Notes under the pieces: model-generated
Database searches by the model: none
Seen by the model: the letters and a program-made list of their open reading frames with translations, nothing else
Told to the model about the DNA's origin: nothing
Shown: one piece after another, positions 15,301-28,500 of the stretch
How the letters are laid out: each line of letters opens with the position of its first letter
Position numbering within the stretch: position 1 is the first letter of the stretch
Position numbers and translations under genes: made by a program
Source of the DNA: Octopus sinensis
Taxonomy: Eukaryota
DNA length: 64,000 nucleotides
Direction: 5' to 3'
Assembly (NCBI RefSeq): GCF_006345805.1
Contig: NC_042998.1
Location: 107,694,001 to 107,758,000 of the forward strand

Positions 15301-18300
15301 TGGAAAGTCAATATATTTTACAAGAGACTTTAGATGCCAGAATCTGAAAACATGTCACACTAAAATCTGTCAAAATGTTTCATTGAAATGTTTTATCTTT
15401 TGTGTTGTTTGATTTTGGAAAATTTTTCCATAAAAATATAAATATTATTTATCATCAAGCCATGCAAATAGTTTCTGTAAAGTAATTCAACATGCTTATG
15501 TAACAGCTGATTCCCCTTATACCAACTCACCAGGAAAACTTTCTCTCTCACATACAGAGAAAGTGTAAGGGTACCAGTTAAAATATCCAGTCAGGGGGCT
15601 TGTAATACTGGATACCTCTGTTGAAACTGACCAACAAGAATTATCCTCAAAACTTTACCACAACTATACTCACAATCAATATCATACTCATTAATACCAC
15701 AACAATCTTAATTGTGATGATGATGATGGGAATGATTGCAGTGGTGATGTTGATAATGATGATGGTGATGATAATGATGATGCAATAGGCAGAAATTACC
15801 TGTAAGAAATTCTTCATTTCAGCATACCTTGCCATAACCTTACACCAACTGGTATTTACAGGCGCAAATATTAGATTTTGTTGTTGCAATTCCTGGAATT
15901 AAAATCATATTTTCAATATTTTCCAAAAATTCTGCAAAGCAACAATGCCAAAATTAATATATGATTTATTCTGTAAACAAATAAGTAGATCAAATGTTCT
16001 AGATACTTCATTTGAAGCTTTGATAATTTCACTCTGGAAAACAGAAAATGGTATTGAGAATTCACAGATGTTAACTGCCAGGAATGTGGTATAAGTGAAT
16101 GCAAAGACCCAGTTTTCAGTAACTTGACACAGGCCATTCAACCAATTAGCAATGACTTACATACACAGTACAAATCTATATCACTAGCTGCTTGCTGTGC
16201 TCATGAAGACTTGTCCAGTACAACAAAAAAAATCATCCTACAACCACTTGAATGTGCTTGTATGTGTGTGAGGCCTTGTTCTCCTTCCTTTTTCTCTCTC
16301 TGACAAACATTCCTTCCTCCCCTATCTTTGATGCTATGTGACTGCAGTATTTACCTTCAAGCAGTATCACACACATTACATCCCATACCTTTCGAAATGG
16401 TGCCCCCCACCCAACTACTTTCATTCCTCATCATCACTACTCACAGCATTTCAACCAATCATCTCCCCTCTTTGCCTTCAGGTACAACCCTTTTTCCCCC
16501 TCTGCTGTATTCTATTCTAAACATCTCTCTTATCTGTTACCATTCTCAATACCCTTCCATATCTACCATCATAGCCAACCTACTATAGCCTCATATGTAT
16601 TCGTATAACTCCTTCTCCATAACTTGTATAACACATAATTCTACTACTTTCTATTCTATGATCCTTCCTGATCCACTCTTATGTTTCCTACATCACCCCT
16701 CTGGTATTTCCCATCATCTGCATCCATACCAGTGTTCTTCACTCACTATACTAACCTCTACCTTCATCTGTTTATTCCCTCCTCACATTCTTAAGAAAGC
16801 ATCCACTCTCATAATCTACCATCCTCTATTATGCTCATGTTCCTGTTCCTTGAGAGTTTGGTCTAGCACACCATCACTACTTTTCTCTTATCTCCTTCAG
16901 TCATATATCTCCTCTATAGTACAACACCTATGCATGTCCCTGTATCATACTTTAGCCTTCAACACTTGGCACACAGCCACTCATCTTCACTGTCCCCTCC
17001 CAAATACTTCTGTTCTTTTCTGTCTTGCAAGTTACATGGCAACCTCACTAGCGCAGGTGGTATGAAAAAAGCACTCAGTACACTTTAAGTGATAGTATCA
17101 GTGGCATTAAAAAGCACTCTGTTTAGTGGTTGGTGTTAGGAAGGGCATCCACCCATAGAAATCATACCAAAGATGACATTAGGGTTTCCTGTTAAACCAT
17201 CCTATACATGCCAGCATGGAAAGAGGACATCAAATGATGATGATTATGATGATGCCTTCTCACTGCTTCATCTACCACAGATTCTGAACTACACAGGCCA
17301 ACTTGACCTTGCTCTTCTGAACTACACAGACCAACTTGACCTTGCAATGTCTCACTTCCAAAGACTCACACTGTATGTTTCTCACAATTCTGCCTCAACA
17401 GAACCCCTAACCTTTGAAATTTCAATGCTGTTCAATTTTTACCAACTTATGTATGATATTCAAAGCTGAACATAAACTACATCAATTTTATAAGATCTCA
17501 GATGACCTTAAGAGGCTATGAGCATTGCTGCTTTTCTGCTAACAATACAAATGTCACTATTACCTTGTTTGCGGATGAATTTGAAAAAACTGCTTCCAAG
17601 TGTATCCAGAGTTTCTGGACATCAATCCACAATTCCAGAATAAAACCTAGTTCTTTCAGTTTTTCTGTCCACATATTCACGTCTTCTTGCATTGGAGAAA
17701 TATATGGAGAAGTCAGCATATTTGCTAAAGTAACTTGAGAATCTTCCAGTTGCTCCAAGAGTCTTTCAATAAATATGTGGTCCAGAGTGACTGGACCAAG
17801 TGTTTTATAATTCTTGAAGATCAATTCTTGCTCTGTCCACTCTTCCTCTATTTTGGACATCATTGTCTCCAATTCCATTTCCTTCATGGATACATGGCAT
17901 ATTTCAACAACTGTAGATTTATATCTGAAAGAAAGCAAGGTAGTCAATAATAATCGTAATTAAAATTAGCCACTTTATTTTGATGTTAATTTTATTGTCT
18001 AAGCTATTGATTGTGATTATACATATTGCTAATGCAAAACTTACTATCAAAATATTTTATAGTAAACTTCATTATTTGACCAGAGTTCTAACCACAGCCA
18101 TTATTAATGTGTTGCTTACTGTCCAAATATACTTCATCATTTGATCAGTGTCCTACCATGGCCATTTGTTTGAGAGGTATAAGGCAATGGGGAAGTAGAT
18201 ACAACACTGCCTTATGCTGAAGTGCAGACAATATGACTCATTTAATTACATTCCTTTACATTTTGATTTCAAATCTTGTTGAGATTAATTTTGTATTTTA

Positions 18301-21300
18301 TCCTTATGTAGCTGATAAAATAAGTGCCAGTAAAATAATGTGATCAATATGGGGGTACACTCTAATATTTGTCATACTCATCCATAATTATAGGATAATG
18401 TAGTTCTAGATACATTATGTCAGAACAATAATAGTAATAACAACAGTAACAAAAGAGTTTCTACATGGTCAACCTGCTAGAAATAGTAAACAGAGCACCT
18501 TTAAAACAACATAATATTTTAAAAAATTAAGAATACTTTACTTAATGTATTTGTCTATTTATTATGCCTGGTGTTTGAAAAAAGAGGATGGATATGGCTG
18601 AATCACTTTTGATTACACATCTGCTGGATTAGAGCAAACCTGGAATTAACAATGACAACCAACACCTCCACCAGCAGCAGCAACAGCAATAGCTGTGATA
18701 AAAAAAAAATCCTGTTTGTAGATTATGACTCAAGAAAAAATAAATAGGTTGTTACCTGGGTAGATTGATATTAAAGAGATGAGACAATCTCAAAACAGTT
18801 ACTTCTAAAGGAAATGTATTCTCTGTGACTGTCATTATTTGCAACCAATGGCGATTACGAATTGTCTACAATCAAACAGGGAAAGCATTTTATAACATTC
18901 ATGAAGAAAGGCTTTAGTTGAGAAAGAAGAGAGCGTAAAGCTATACCAAGTTGCTATATGGGAAGCTAAATGTTGAGTAAATTTAGTAAAGGGAGAGAAT
19001 AATAGAGATTTGTGATTGTTCTGTGACATGAGGGCCAGAAGCATGAATTCTAGGCTGCAAAGCTGTAAATCAGGAAATCATTGGGAAAAATGTATGTGTT
19101 ATGGTATTAGTATACTCAGCTTCACTAACACTGAGAAAAAGAAAATAAGGTATGGTAATAAGACTATGAGAAGTTTTTGAATGAGGAGAATGAGTAGGAA
19201 AGAAAGGAATTACTCTGAAAAAACACAACCAAGTGACCAACTATAGAGTCATAAAAGCCATTAAGGATATGAATGCAGTAAATAACAAGATCATCAGGGA
19301 TAATTTCAGAGATGCTGAAAATATCTAGCATACTCGCAAAATCAGTCACGTAGTACAAATGGGTAATATAATCTCAATGACTTGTGTAGTAGCACCACTG
19401 TCAATTGCTACAAAGACAAGGAGGTACTCAACTATAGAGGTATCAACTTACCAAGTTATGAGAAACAGAAAAAAGTGTTTCAGCATTGGAAGAGAATTAA
19501 CTCAGATCCGATGCAATTTGGGTCTATGATTGGATGGAGTACCATCAATACATACTTTTGAGAGAGACAACTACAAGACAAATTCTTAACTAAGAGCAAG
19601 CTACTAAACCCAGAAGTCATTGACCTTGAAAAGGCTTTCAGATAACGGCCAAACATACATACATATATATACAGCCAGCATAATAACCAATCTATATATT
19701 ACCTTTGAATGAAGAAGTTTCAAGATTGGAATGGTCTCTTGGTACATTGTAATGGCAGTCTTTAGGCTGTGATAAGTATTATACTCTTGAAGCTTTTCAG
19801 ACAATAATAGGTAGTCATCCCAAAATAATTCCACCTTTATAGAAAAAAATTATAGAAAACTAAGTCAAGTTCATTAGGCTTTTCCTTAATTTTTCTGTTT
19901 GTTTCAGCCACCATGGTCACAACTATACAAGAGTACTGTCTTCAGGTTTCTATTTCTTTTGTCCAGGAGTTGAATATTTTGAAGTTTTTCAACTTATTAA
20001 CATTCTATTTAGAGATGAAGCATTTCTCAAATATTTATATCTACATAACATTTCAATAATTTTAGTGTACATAGTATCACAAATGTATAGTGTAATTTAA
20101 TGAAGTGTTTTAATTAAGATATTTCACTTTTAGTAATACAGATCATATAGAAAGATCCTTGGTTTTAGTAAAACATCTTTTGTTAAGCCAAAGAGAGAAC
20201 CTCTATGTGGTCATCTGACTAAGCAAAAGTAGCAGTCAAATTCTCTCAAATTACAACCACACTATTGTAGAAAAGGAAATGATGGATAAAATTGTTCTGG
20301 GTGTCCTGCACTTAGAAAAAGATGAGGTTGTCGTTGGAGTGCCTTTGATCATAGGTCTGCTTGATCAGGGCTGAGTTGGAGTTAAACAACTTCCTTTGGT
20401 GAGATCTTTCAGTTTAATAAGACAACTCACCCTTTAATATACTTTTCGTGTTGGTAAGACCCTCACCCTACAGCAAGACACCTAATTTCTATCCTGAAAT
20501 TAAAGGCTTTAAGTAAATTATGAGGTCTTAGTTAAACTTTAGTCAAATATAATATAGGAAATAAAATATTTGAAGGTAGTAGAAACTACACAATATTAAC
20601 AGTGAAACATGACATTTTGTAGGAGGCAAACTTACCATTTTCACAGCAGTTCTGAAATCAACATCAGACCACAAGGTATTTTGAAATTGATCATCAAACT
20701 GAATAAACCTTATGTAGAGGTCATACAAGGAATATACCATCTTCAGATCCTACAAATGATAAGGAACTGATGATTTAAATACATCAACCATGTGTACATA
20801 TGTATTAACATATATATGTGCGTGTATAATCATTTTTTTTCTGTATTTCAATTCTTTAGACTTATTCAACAAAGATCCATCCTACACCATCAAAATTAGA
20901 CAAAAATGCATACACTCATATGCCAAACTTTAGGAAAGTCTTGTATATTTAATTGTCTGTTCTACTTAAACTTCCATTTAGTGTTTCTCTTCAACATTTG
21001 AGAACCTTAATTGTAATTATAAAGAAATGTGAAAAGAAATTGTAGGTAAAGACCATAAATATTCCTTTCTTTTTCATGGACTTTAAGGTGTTTATGTTGG
21101 CTGAACATCCGTCTTGCATAAAAATGCAAATTTTTTATGTTTTCTGAACAAGATAATATTAGATCAATAGGGGGGGGGGGTGTTTAGCCTCAGGTATGAT
21201 TTAGTACATGATGATAGAAGCTTAATGGTACACAGTCTGGTAATTATATAGCTAAATGATTTAAGTTGAAGTTAAAGGGTGCTTGCATACATATAATGGT

Positions 21301-22429
21301 GTCATCACCCTGAATGCACAAGGAAAGTTGGTAGAATTTATGATTTTGATATTCAATAAATATTTTAAGGTGTGAACATATTGTACAACAGTATTGCTTC
21401 AAAAGTTTCTATATTAAATGGCATAGTATATTCACAAAACATTGTGCCATCACTACTATAGTATTTTGTGGGAAGATGCAGATTACACAGTTTACCATAA
21501 AAGACATGGCATAAGTTTTTTTATATCTCTTATCAAGCAATTTTCCCAAGATCAATTAATTTTTATTCTTAGATTGAAAATTTTCAAATTGTCACTGATT
21601 CAAGAGAGGCTATACTTTCCTGCTAATTTTGATTTTGTTCTCAAGTTTAACATTTTGATAGTGTACAGTGTATTTCTTCAGTACAAGTCTATTAAAAAAT
21701 ATATGTTCCAAATCATTCTTAGATCACATGGATTATTATTATTATTATGTCCAAGTTCACGGCTCTTATTTAGCAATATAATTATGCATTTGTAAGGATG
21801 TAAATTTTGTTGTCCTTTAAAACTGAGTTCCTATACACTAGGATATTTGATAATAAAGTCACATTGGCACCAAATCAGCAGAAATGTATCTCATTAAGTG
21901 AAATACACTACAAATGTATTGCTTTTCCAAAAGCACCCACTAAAACTAAGCTTATCCTTTGATCTTATACATTTATACTTGAATACAATGAGCATGTCAA
22001 CATGCATATTAACATTATTTTATGATGTATGGAATTATTTCAGATACGTAACACATTGATAAAATGAAAGAAATATAAAATGGAAAAGAGAATAAATTTC
22101 ATATTGGATGATGATATAGAAAACTAACTTTATTCTGTGAAACTGTAACTATTCTTTTATCCATGTTCTAAGAATAAGACAAAAGATATATTTTACCTCT
22201 TCAGTTTGGTCAAGTTCTGTAAATGTATCAATTAACACTCCAAATGTTTTAGATACAGTTTCAAGTGTCTCCCTTTCCTTCTTTAGGTTTAAACATTCCT
22301 CCTGAAATTTATCTAATCTTTCAACAGTCTCTTCAGGACTTGAATCTGGGATATTGGGACCTTCTCCATCAAAAGAATTTCTGAACTGTATTACTTTAAC
22401 AACAAATGCCTGAAAATAAAAGGTGTATA

Positions 22430-22461
<32 letters not shown>

Positions 22462-25400
22462 AATAATTTGAGGGAGCATTATTCCTAACTTACAGGGAAA
22501 ACAAATTTCACAAAATATAATATATATATAAAAATTAGAAAAAACCTACCTTTTATCAATTCAAAATGAACAATTAAATAACACCATCTAGAAAATTACA
22601 TATAATAGAAATATTAAAAATAAAATAAAAATAATATACTGATGATTAAGTAAATTGCAAAATAATAATAAAAACGTATATATTTGGTATACCAAATATA
22701 TACGTTTTTATTATTATTTTGCAATTTCATCAGAAAAAGGTAATTAAAATTCATTAAAGTGACAGATCTATCGGACTTTCAAAAAGGTCAAGTTGTTTGT
22801 GCTCGTATGGCAGGCACTAGCTTAATGAAAACAGCCAAAATGTTTGGTGTATCAAGAAGTACTGTCTCGAAAGTAATGACAGCCTTTGAGAAAAAGGGAA
22901 AAACCTCCTCGTTGAAACAAAAATCTGGAAGAAAACCAAAACTGTCAGATAGGGACCATTGGATTCTTACGCAAATTGTTGGAAAGGATCACAAAAGTAC
23001 AGCTCCCAAAATTACTGCAGAGCTTAATGACTATCTTGAGGACCCAGTTTCCACAAAAACTGTTTGCTGGGAGCTGCACAAATCTGGATTTCACAGGAGG
23101 GCTGCAATCAGAAAACCACTACTTTCAAAAACAAACGTTGCAAAGCATTTAGAGTGGAATAAAAACCTACCAAATTGGTCCCTAGAACAGTGGAAGAATG
23201 TTATTTTCTCGGACAAGTCATCCTTTACTTTATTTCCTATCACTGGCTGAGTATACATGTGGAGACAGCCAAAAGAAGCATTCGACCCAGACTGCCTTCT
23301 TCCAACTGTGATGATTGGGGTGATGTGGGGTGGGGGCTATATCTTGGAAATCCACCGGCCCAATGGTTTCCCTTCATGGCAGAATAAATAGTCAAGACTA
23401 TTTAAGCATTTTATCTGATCAAATTCATCCTATGGTTGCGGAACTGTTTCTGGGTAGGTGGAGAACAGTTTCTGGATTTCAAGATGATAATGCACCAATT
23501 CACACAGCAAAAGTTGTTACTGAATAGTACGAGGAACATTCTAGTGAAGTTGAACATCTTATCTGGCCAGCACAGTCCTCAGATCTCAATATATTGAACA
23601 TTTATGGTGCATTTTAGAAAAACAAATAAGGAGTCGATATCCTCCACCATCATCACTACAAGAACTGGAGACTGTTTTAGCTGAAGAAGGAACAAAAATT
23701 CCTTTGGAAACAATTCAAACTTTGTACGAGTCCAAACCTCATAGAATTCAAGCTGTAATTACTGCCCCATATTAAAATAAATTTGTTTGAAATTTTAAGG
23801 TGTTTCCATCATTTTGTCTAACCCCTATATATATATATATATACATACACACACACACACACATAAATGTGTGTATGGGTGTGTATGTATAACATACACA
23901 CATTAAGTATGTTCTTCATACTTGCACAAATACAGACAAATGAATGCATCAATGTTGGTGTGGGTTTGACCAGTGTGTCATTCTGAAAACACAAACATGA
24001 CAAAGAAGATTGATTACTATTTTGTATTTATTTTTCTATGCCAGAAGAAATGACCTGCAATTTTAAAATTTTATATTGGAGCAACTGATGCCATTAAGAC
24101 AAACTAAGAAGTAGAGTCACATGGCACCACAAGATGTTTTGTACAAATCTACTTATTTCTATAAACATTATGTTTGTATTGCTCTGTGACTTACCATATT
24201 TTCACGATGGATTTCCTGTTCAAATGTTAGCCGTTTATCAGTAAAAATATATTTTTCAGTTGCTTCAGCTAATTCAGTGAGATAATTCCAGTTGTTTCGT
24301 AAATCTTCAACTTCTTTAATTTCAGACCGAGGAAGTGGCACACAATATTTCCTTCAAATAGAATTTCTCCTTTGTTAACAAAACAAAATAAGTACTAAAT
24401 TTCTCCTATCTTAATGGAAAAAATAAGTACTACATCTAAAAGAGGTTCAGTATTCAAAATACTTTTAAAAATAAATCCTTTGTCCTTATTCACACTTTAT
24501 AGCTAGTTTTTGATTGTGAGCCAAGTTTCAAGTACAGTTTCAATCAGATGCTCAAGTAAGATCCATAGGGGAGTACTGCTCATATGCATGGAACAGAGTG
24601 CTGTTATGCACATACAAACATCTTAGATTGACTCTAAAAAGATGCCATGAGACTAATGGACAAAAAATTCACTGGCCAAAACATTACAATCACTAACTTA
24701 CAGATGCATGGTTTTTTTCTTTCAGCCTCTTCCACCGATACTGCAATACTTAACAGATGTAACTTACTATCACAGAAAATATATATAGATTTTGATCCAC
24801 AAATTAGGTAATTAAAAAAAAGTGAAATTTTCTCAGGAAGTCCTTTTGCAAAATGAACATATAAAGATATGACAGCAACACAAAAAATAATAGCTAAGTA
24901 AGAGTTAACATATTCACTGCAGAGAGAATTAAAGAGTTAACTAGAAATAATTATGCAGCAAGAAAAATCATCATTAATCACTGGTTAATATTTTTATTCT
25001 TTTAGCAGGTACAAGAAATAACTCTAGACATGTTATCTCGTCAGTGAAGCATAAACATAATTGAACATGCTGGAAGAATCACTAAGTAAATGGACACAGA
25101 ATGGTACAGGTATAGTTTCAACAAGTTCAGTTAAGTCTGCCTGGAATTACAAAATAAATTACAACTAATGAAAACAACAACAAAGAAGATCAATCATCCA
25201 AAACCAAATTTTATGTAACAAATCAACATTTATTTAGGAATAAAAAAAATCCATAGACTACTTACAACAACTTGTGGTAGGCCAATTCAATTGGTAAATA
25301 AATTTGATCAATTTTGTTCTGCATATCTCGTATTTGTTGCAAAACATACAATATATTATTTAATTGTTCTAATGTCTTAATTGGAACACTGAGGACCTCA

Positions 25401-25532
25401 AAAACCTGTCTTCTGTAAATGCAAGCTGCCTTTAACATGTTCTGAGGAGAGAAATAAAAAATATAGTTTATAAATCTTGTAAAGAAGAGGTCTTTGTTTA
25501 AACTGATAAGGTTTAAAGAATATTTATTATTA

Positions 25533-25581
<49 letters not shown>

Positions 25582-28500
25582 TATTATCATTATTGTTACT
25601 TTTTTTTTTCTTCTTTCAAATTTGCTTCCATTTCTTGCCGAGTGTCTTCCCGACTCCTAGGGCAAAGAAACTCATAGTATACATTGGTAGGCCATTAAAC
25701 CAAACTCAATAGTTCGTTCATTTAAAAAAAAAATTTTTTTTATTTATTTATTTTTTAAAAGTTAAATTAAAATACATGAGCAGCAACAGTTCTCACATCG
25801 ACAATGTTCTTCTCAATACGTGTGATGTACCAGTTAAGACAATCTTTTGCACTTCTTGCAGGGATGGTAAGCCAGGGATCATTCTCATATAATTTTCGGT
25901 TCCCTTCTTGATCATTCCTAGTGCTCCTACGATCACTGGTATTGTAACCGCCTTGAGATGCCACATTTTCTCAATTTCAATGAGTAGGTCTTTATATTTT
26001 CTGAGCTTGTCAAATTCTTTCGCTGAGATATTATGAAAACAGGGGATGCTCATGTCGATCAATAAGCAAACTTTATTGTTTTGGTCTTTCACAACAATAT
26101 CTGGTTTATTCGCCTTGATGGTTCGGTCTGTATGTACTGGAAAGTCCCACAGAATGGTTACATTTTCTCCTTCAGTTACAGCCTCAGGGTGGTGATTATA
26201 CCACTTGTCGGCAGTTTTGATATTGTAATGGCGACTTATTAGCCAGTGTAGATATTGGCCAACTCTGTCATGTCTTAATTTATACTCCACTGGTGCTAAG
26301 ACTTTACATCCAGAGATTAGGTGGTCCACTGTTTCAATCATGTCGTTGCAGAATCAGCATTTTGGGTCTGCTCCATTTTTCATCACATTGGCCTGGTAGT
26401 TCCGGGTTAATAGGCTTTGATCTTGAGCAGCCAGGATGAAACCTTCGCTCTCTGCTTTTAGCCCTGAGCTCCGTAGCCACTGATGGGTTTGCTTCTGGTC
26501 AACATCAGCTTGTTTGCTGCGGGCCACATATTTGCCGTGCAGAGGTTTCTCCTCCCACCTATCAGCCAATTGCTCGTGCGCTTTTTTCGTTGCCATTATT
26601 TTTACCTTCTTTGCAACAATAGTTTAGGTATCCTGCACGAGATCAATAGCAAATTTTTTGCTTTCCTTTAGGATAGAATGAAGCTTCTTTCGTCTCTCGT
26701 GATTTTCCACGAGCTTTAGCATCCAGTCATTCGCTATTTCGAGATATTTGGCCAGTCCAATTGTGGTTGTTTTGTAAGCTAGTTCAAATTGGATCAGGCC
26801 TCGACCTCCTTGGGCTCTGGGAAGGTAAAGGCGATCTACGTCTGCCTTTGGGTGGTGCATCCTATTACAACTCAGCAGCTTGCGTATTTTCCTATCTATA
26901 TTCTTTACTTCACTCATATTCCAGTTCAACACATTGTAGCTATAAGTAACAACTGGAACTGCTAAGGAATTTATAGCTAACACCTTGTTACGTGCATTTA
27001 GTTCAGATTTCAGGACTGCACGAACTCTCCTATAATATTCCTTCCTGATCTTCTCTTTCATGCTTGCATAATGAATACCAGAGCCTTCATTTATCCCTAA
27101 ATATTTGTATGTTTGTTCTTGCTCAAGCTCTCTTATGACTGTGTCAACATCTAACATGACTGAATTTGTGGTCTTCACTTTCCCTTTCTGGAAAGTGGCC
27201 TTGGCACACTTCTCAAGTCCAAACTCCATCCCGATGTCATCGCTGAATGCTTTCACAGTGCGCAATAGGCCTTCAAGTTCATTATTGTCTTTACCATAGA
27301 GTTTTAAGTCATCCATATAAAATAGATGGCTTGTTTTTTTATTGGCAATTTTATAGGGCTATGCAGAATATTAAAGGTGAAAGTGAGTCACCTTGAAAAA
27401 TTCCACAGTTGATGTTTATATTTTCTGAGGCAAGTACTCCATTAGAGTGGTATAATTGGAGATTCGTATTCCACAACGACATATTGTGCTTCAGGAAGTT
27501 TGAAATCACAGGGGAAATTTTGAAGATGTCCAGCGTTCTCAAGATCCATGGATGCGGTATACTGTCGAAGGCCTTTTTATAGTCAATCCATGCGGTGCTG
27601 AGATTTCTGCGCTTGTTGTGACAGTTCTCAAGGATTATACGATTGATTAGCAGTTGATCTTTGCATCCGTAAGAGCCTCGGCGGCACCCTTTTTGTTCGA
27701 TGGGGAAAATATCGTTCTTCTCCATGAATGCATATGCTTTCTCCGCCAGGATAGATGTTAGGATTTTATACGTGGTGGATAGACAGGTTATAGGCCGATA
27801 GTTTTTTGGAAGGTTGGTTTCGTTATTCTTTGGGAGTAGGTAAGTAATGCCACTTGCTAACCATTCTGGTGTTTTCTTTGGGTCTCTCATAATTCCATTG
27901 AGCAGCTGAACTAGCTTACCGTGTGCGCATGGGAGCGATGCGAGCCAGAAATTCGGCACCCTATCTTTACCGGGGGATTTCCAATTATGGGCCTTCGTGA
28001 GTGCCTTTCTTAGGTCTGCTATTGTGATGTCTTCCCATGCTTGTTGTTGTAAATTTTGGTAGGATCCTTCAGTTTGTATAATCCAGTCTGCATTTATGTT
28101 GTACGTCTTCTTGTCACTCCAAATCCTTTTCCAAAAGTTTTGAACTTCTTCCATGGGAGGGGCGTCTTTAACGGTTACTTTCTCCTTCCCTATTTCTCTG
28201 TAGAATTTTTTGGCATTGGATGTGAACAGCTTATTTTGCTTGTAAAACTTGTTTCTCTTCTCAAATCTTCATATTCTTTGGGCTTTTGCTTGGACTTTTT
28301 GTTTCAGCGTTTCTTTTATTGATATCAGTTCTTCTCTTGGTGAGGATCCAAATTTTCTCTTCATCTTTCTTCCTGTTCTGGATCTTACATCATTTCCACA
28401 TATTAGTTCATTTAATATTGATATTTCCCCTCTCATAAATTCAATCTCTTTTTCAATTTTACTTCTCCAGGTTTGATTTCTTCCCAGGTTTGGTTTTCTT

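Noticed and set aside
25000-25141. Candidate exon ADLTELVETIP...
   Set aside because: Wrong phase after exon P and it runs into a stop; P joins Q directly
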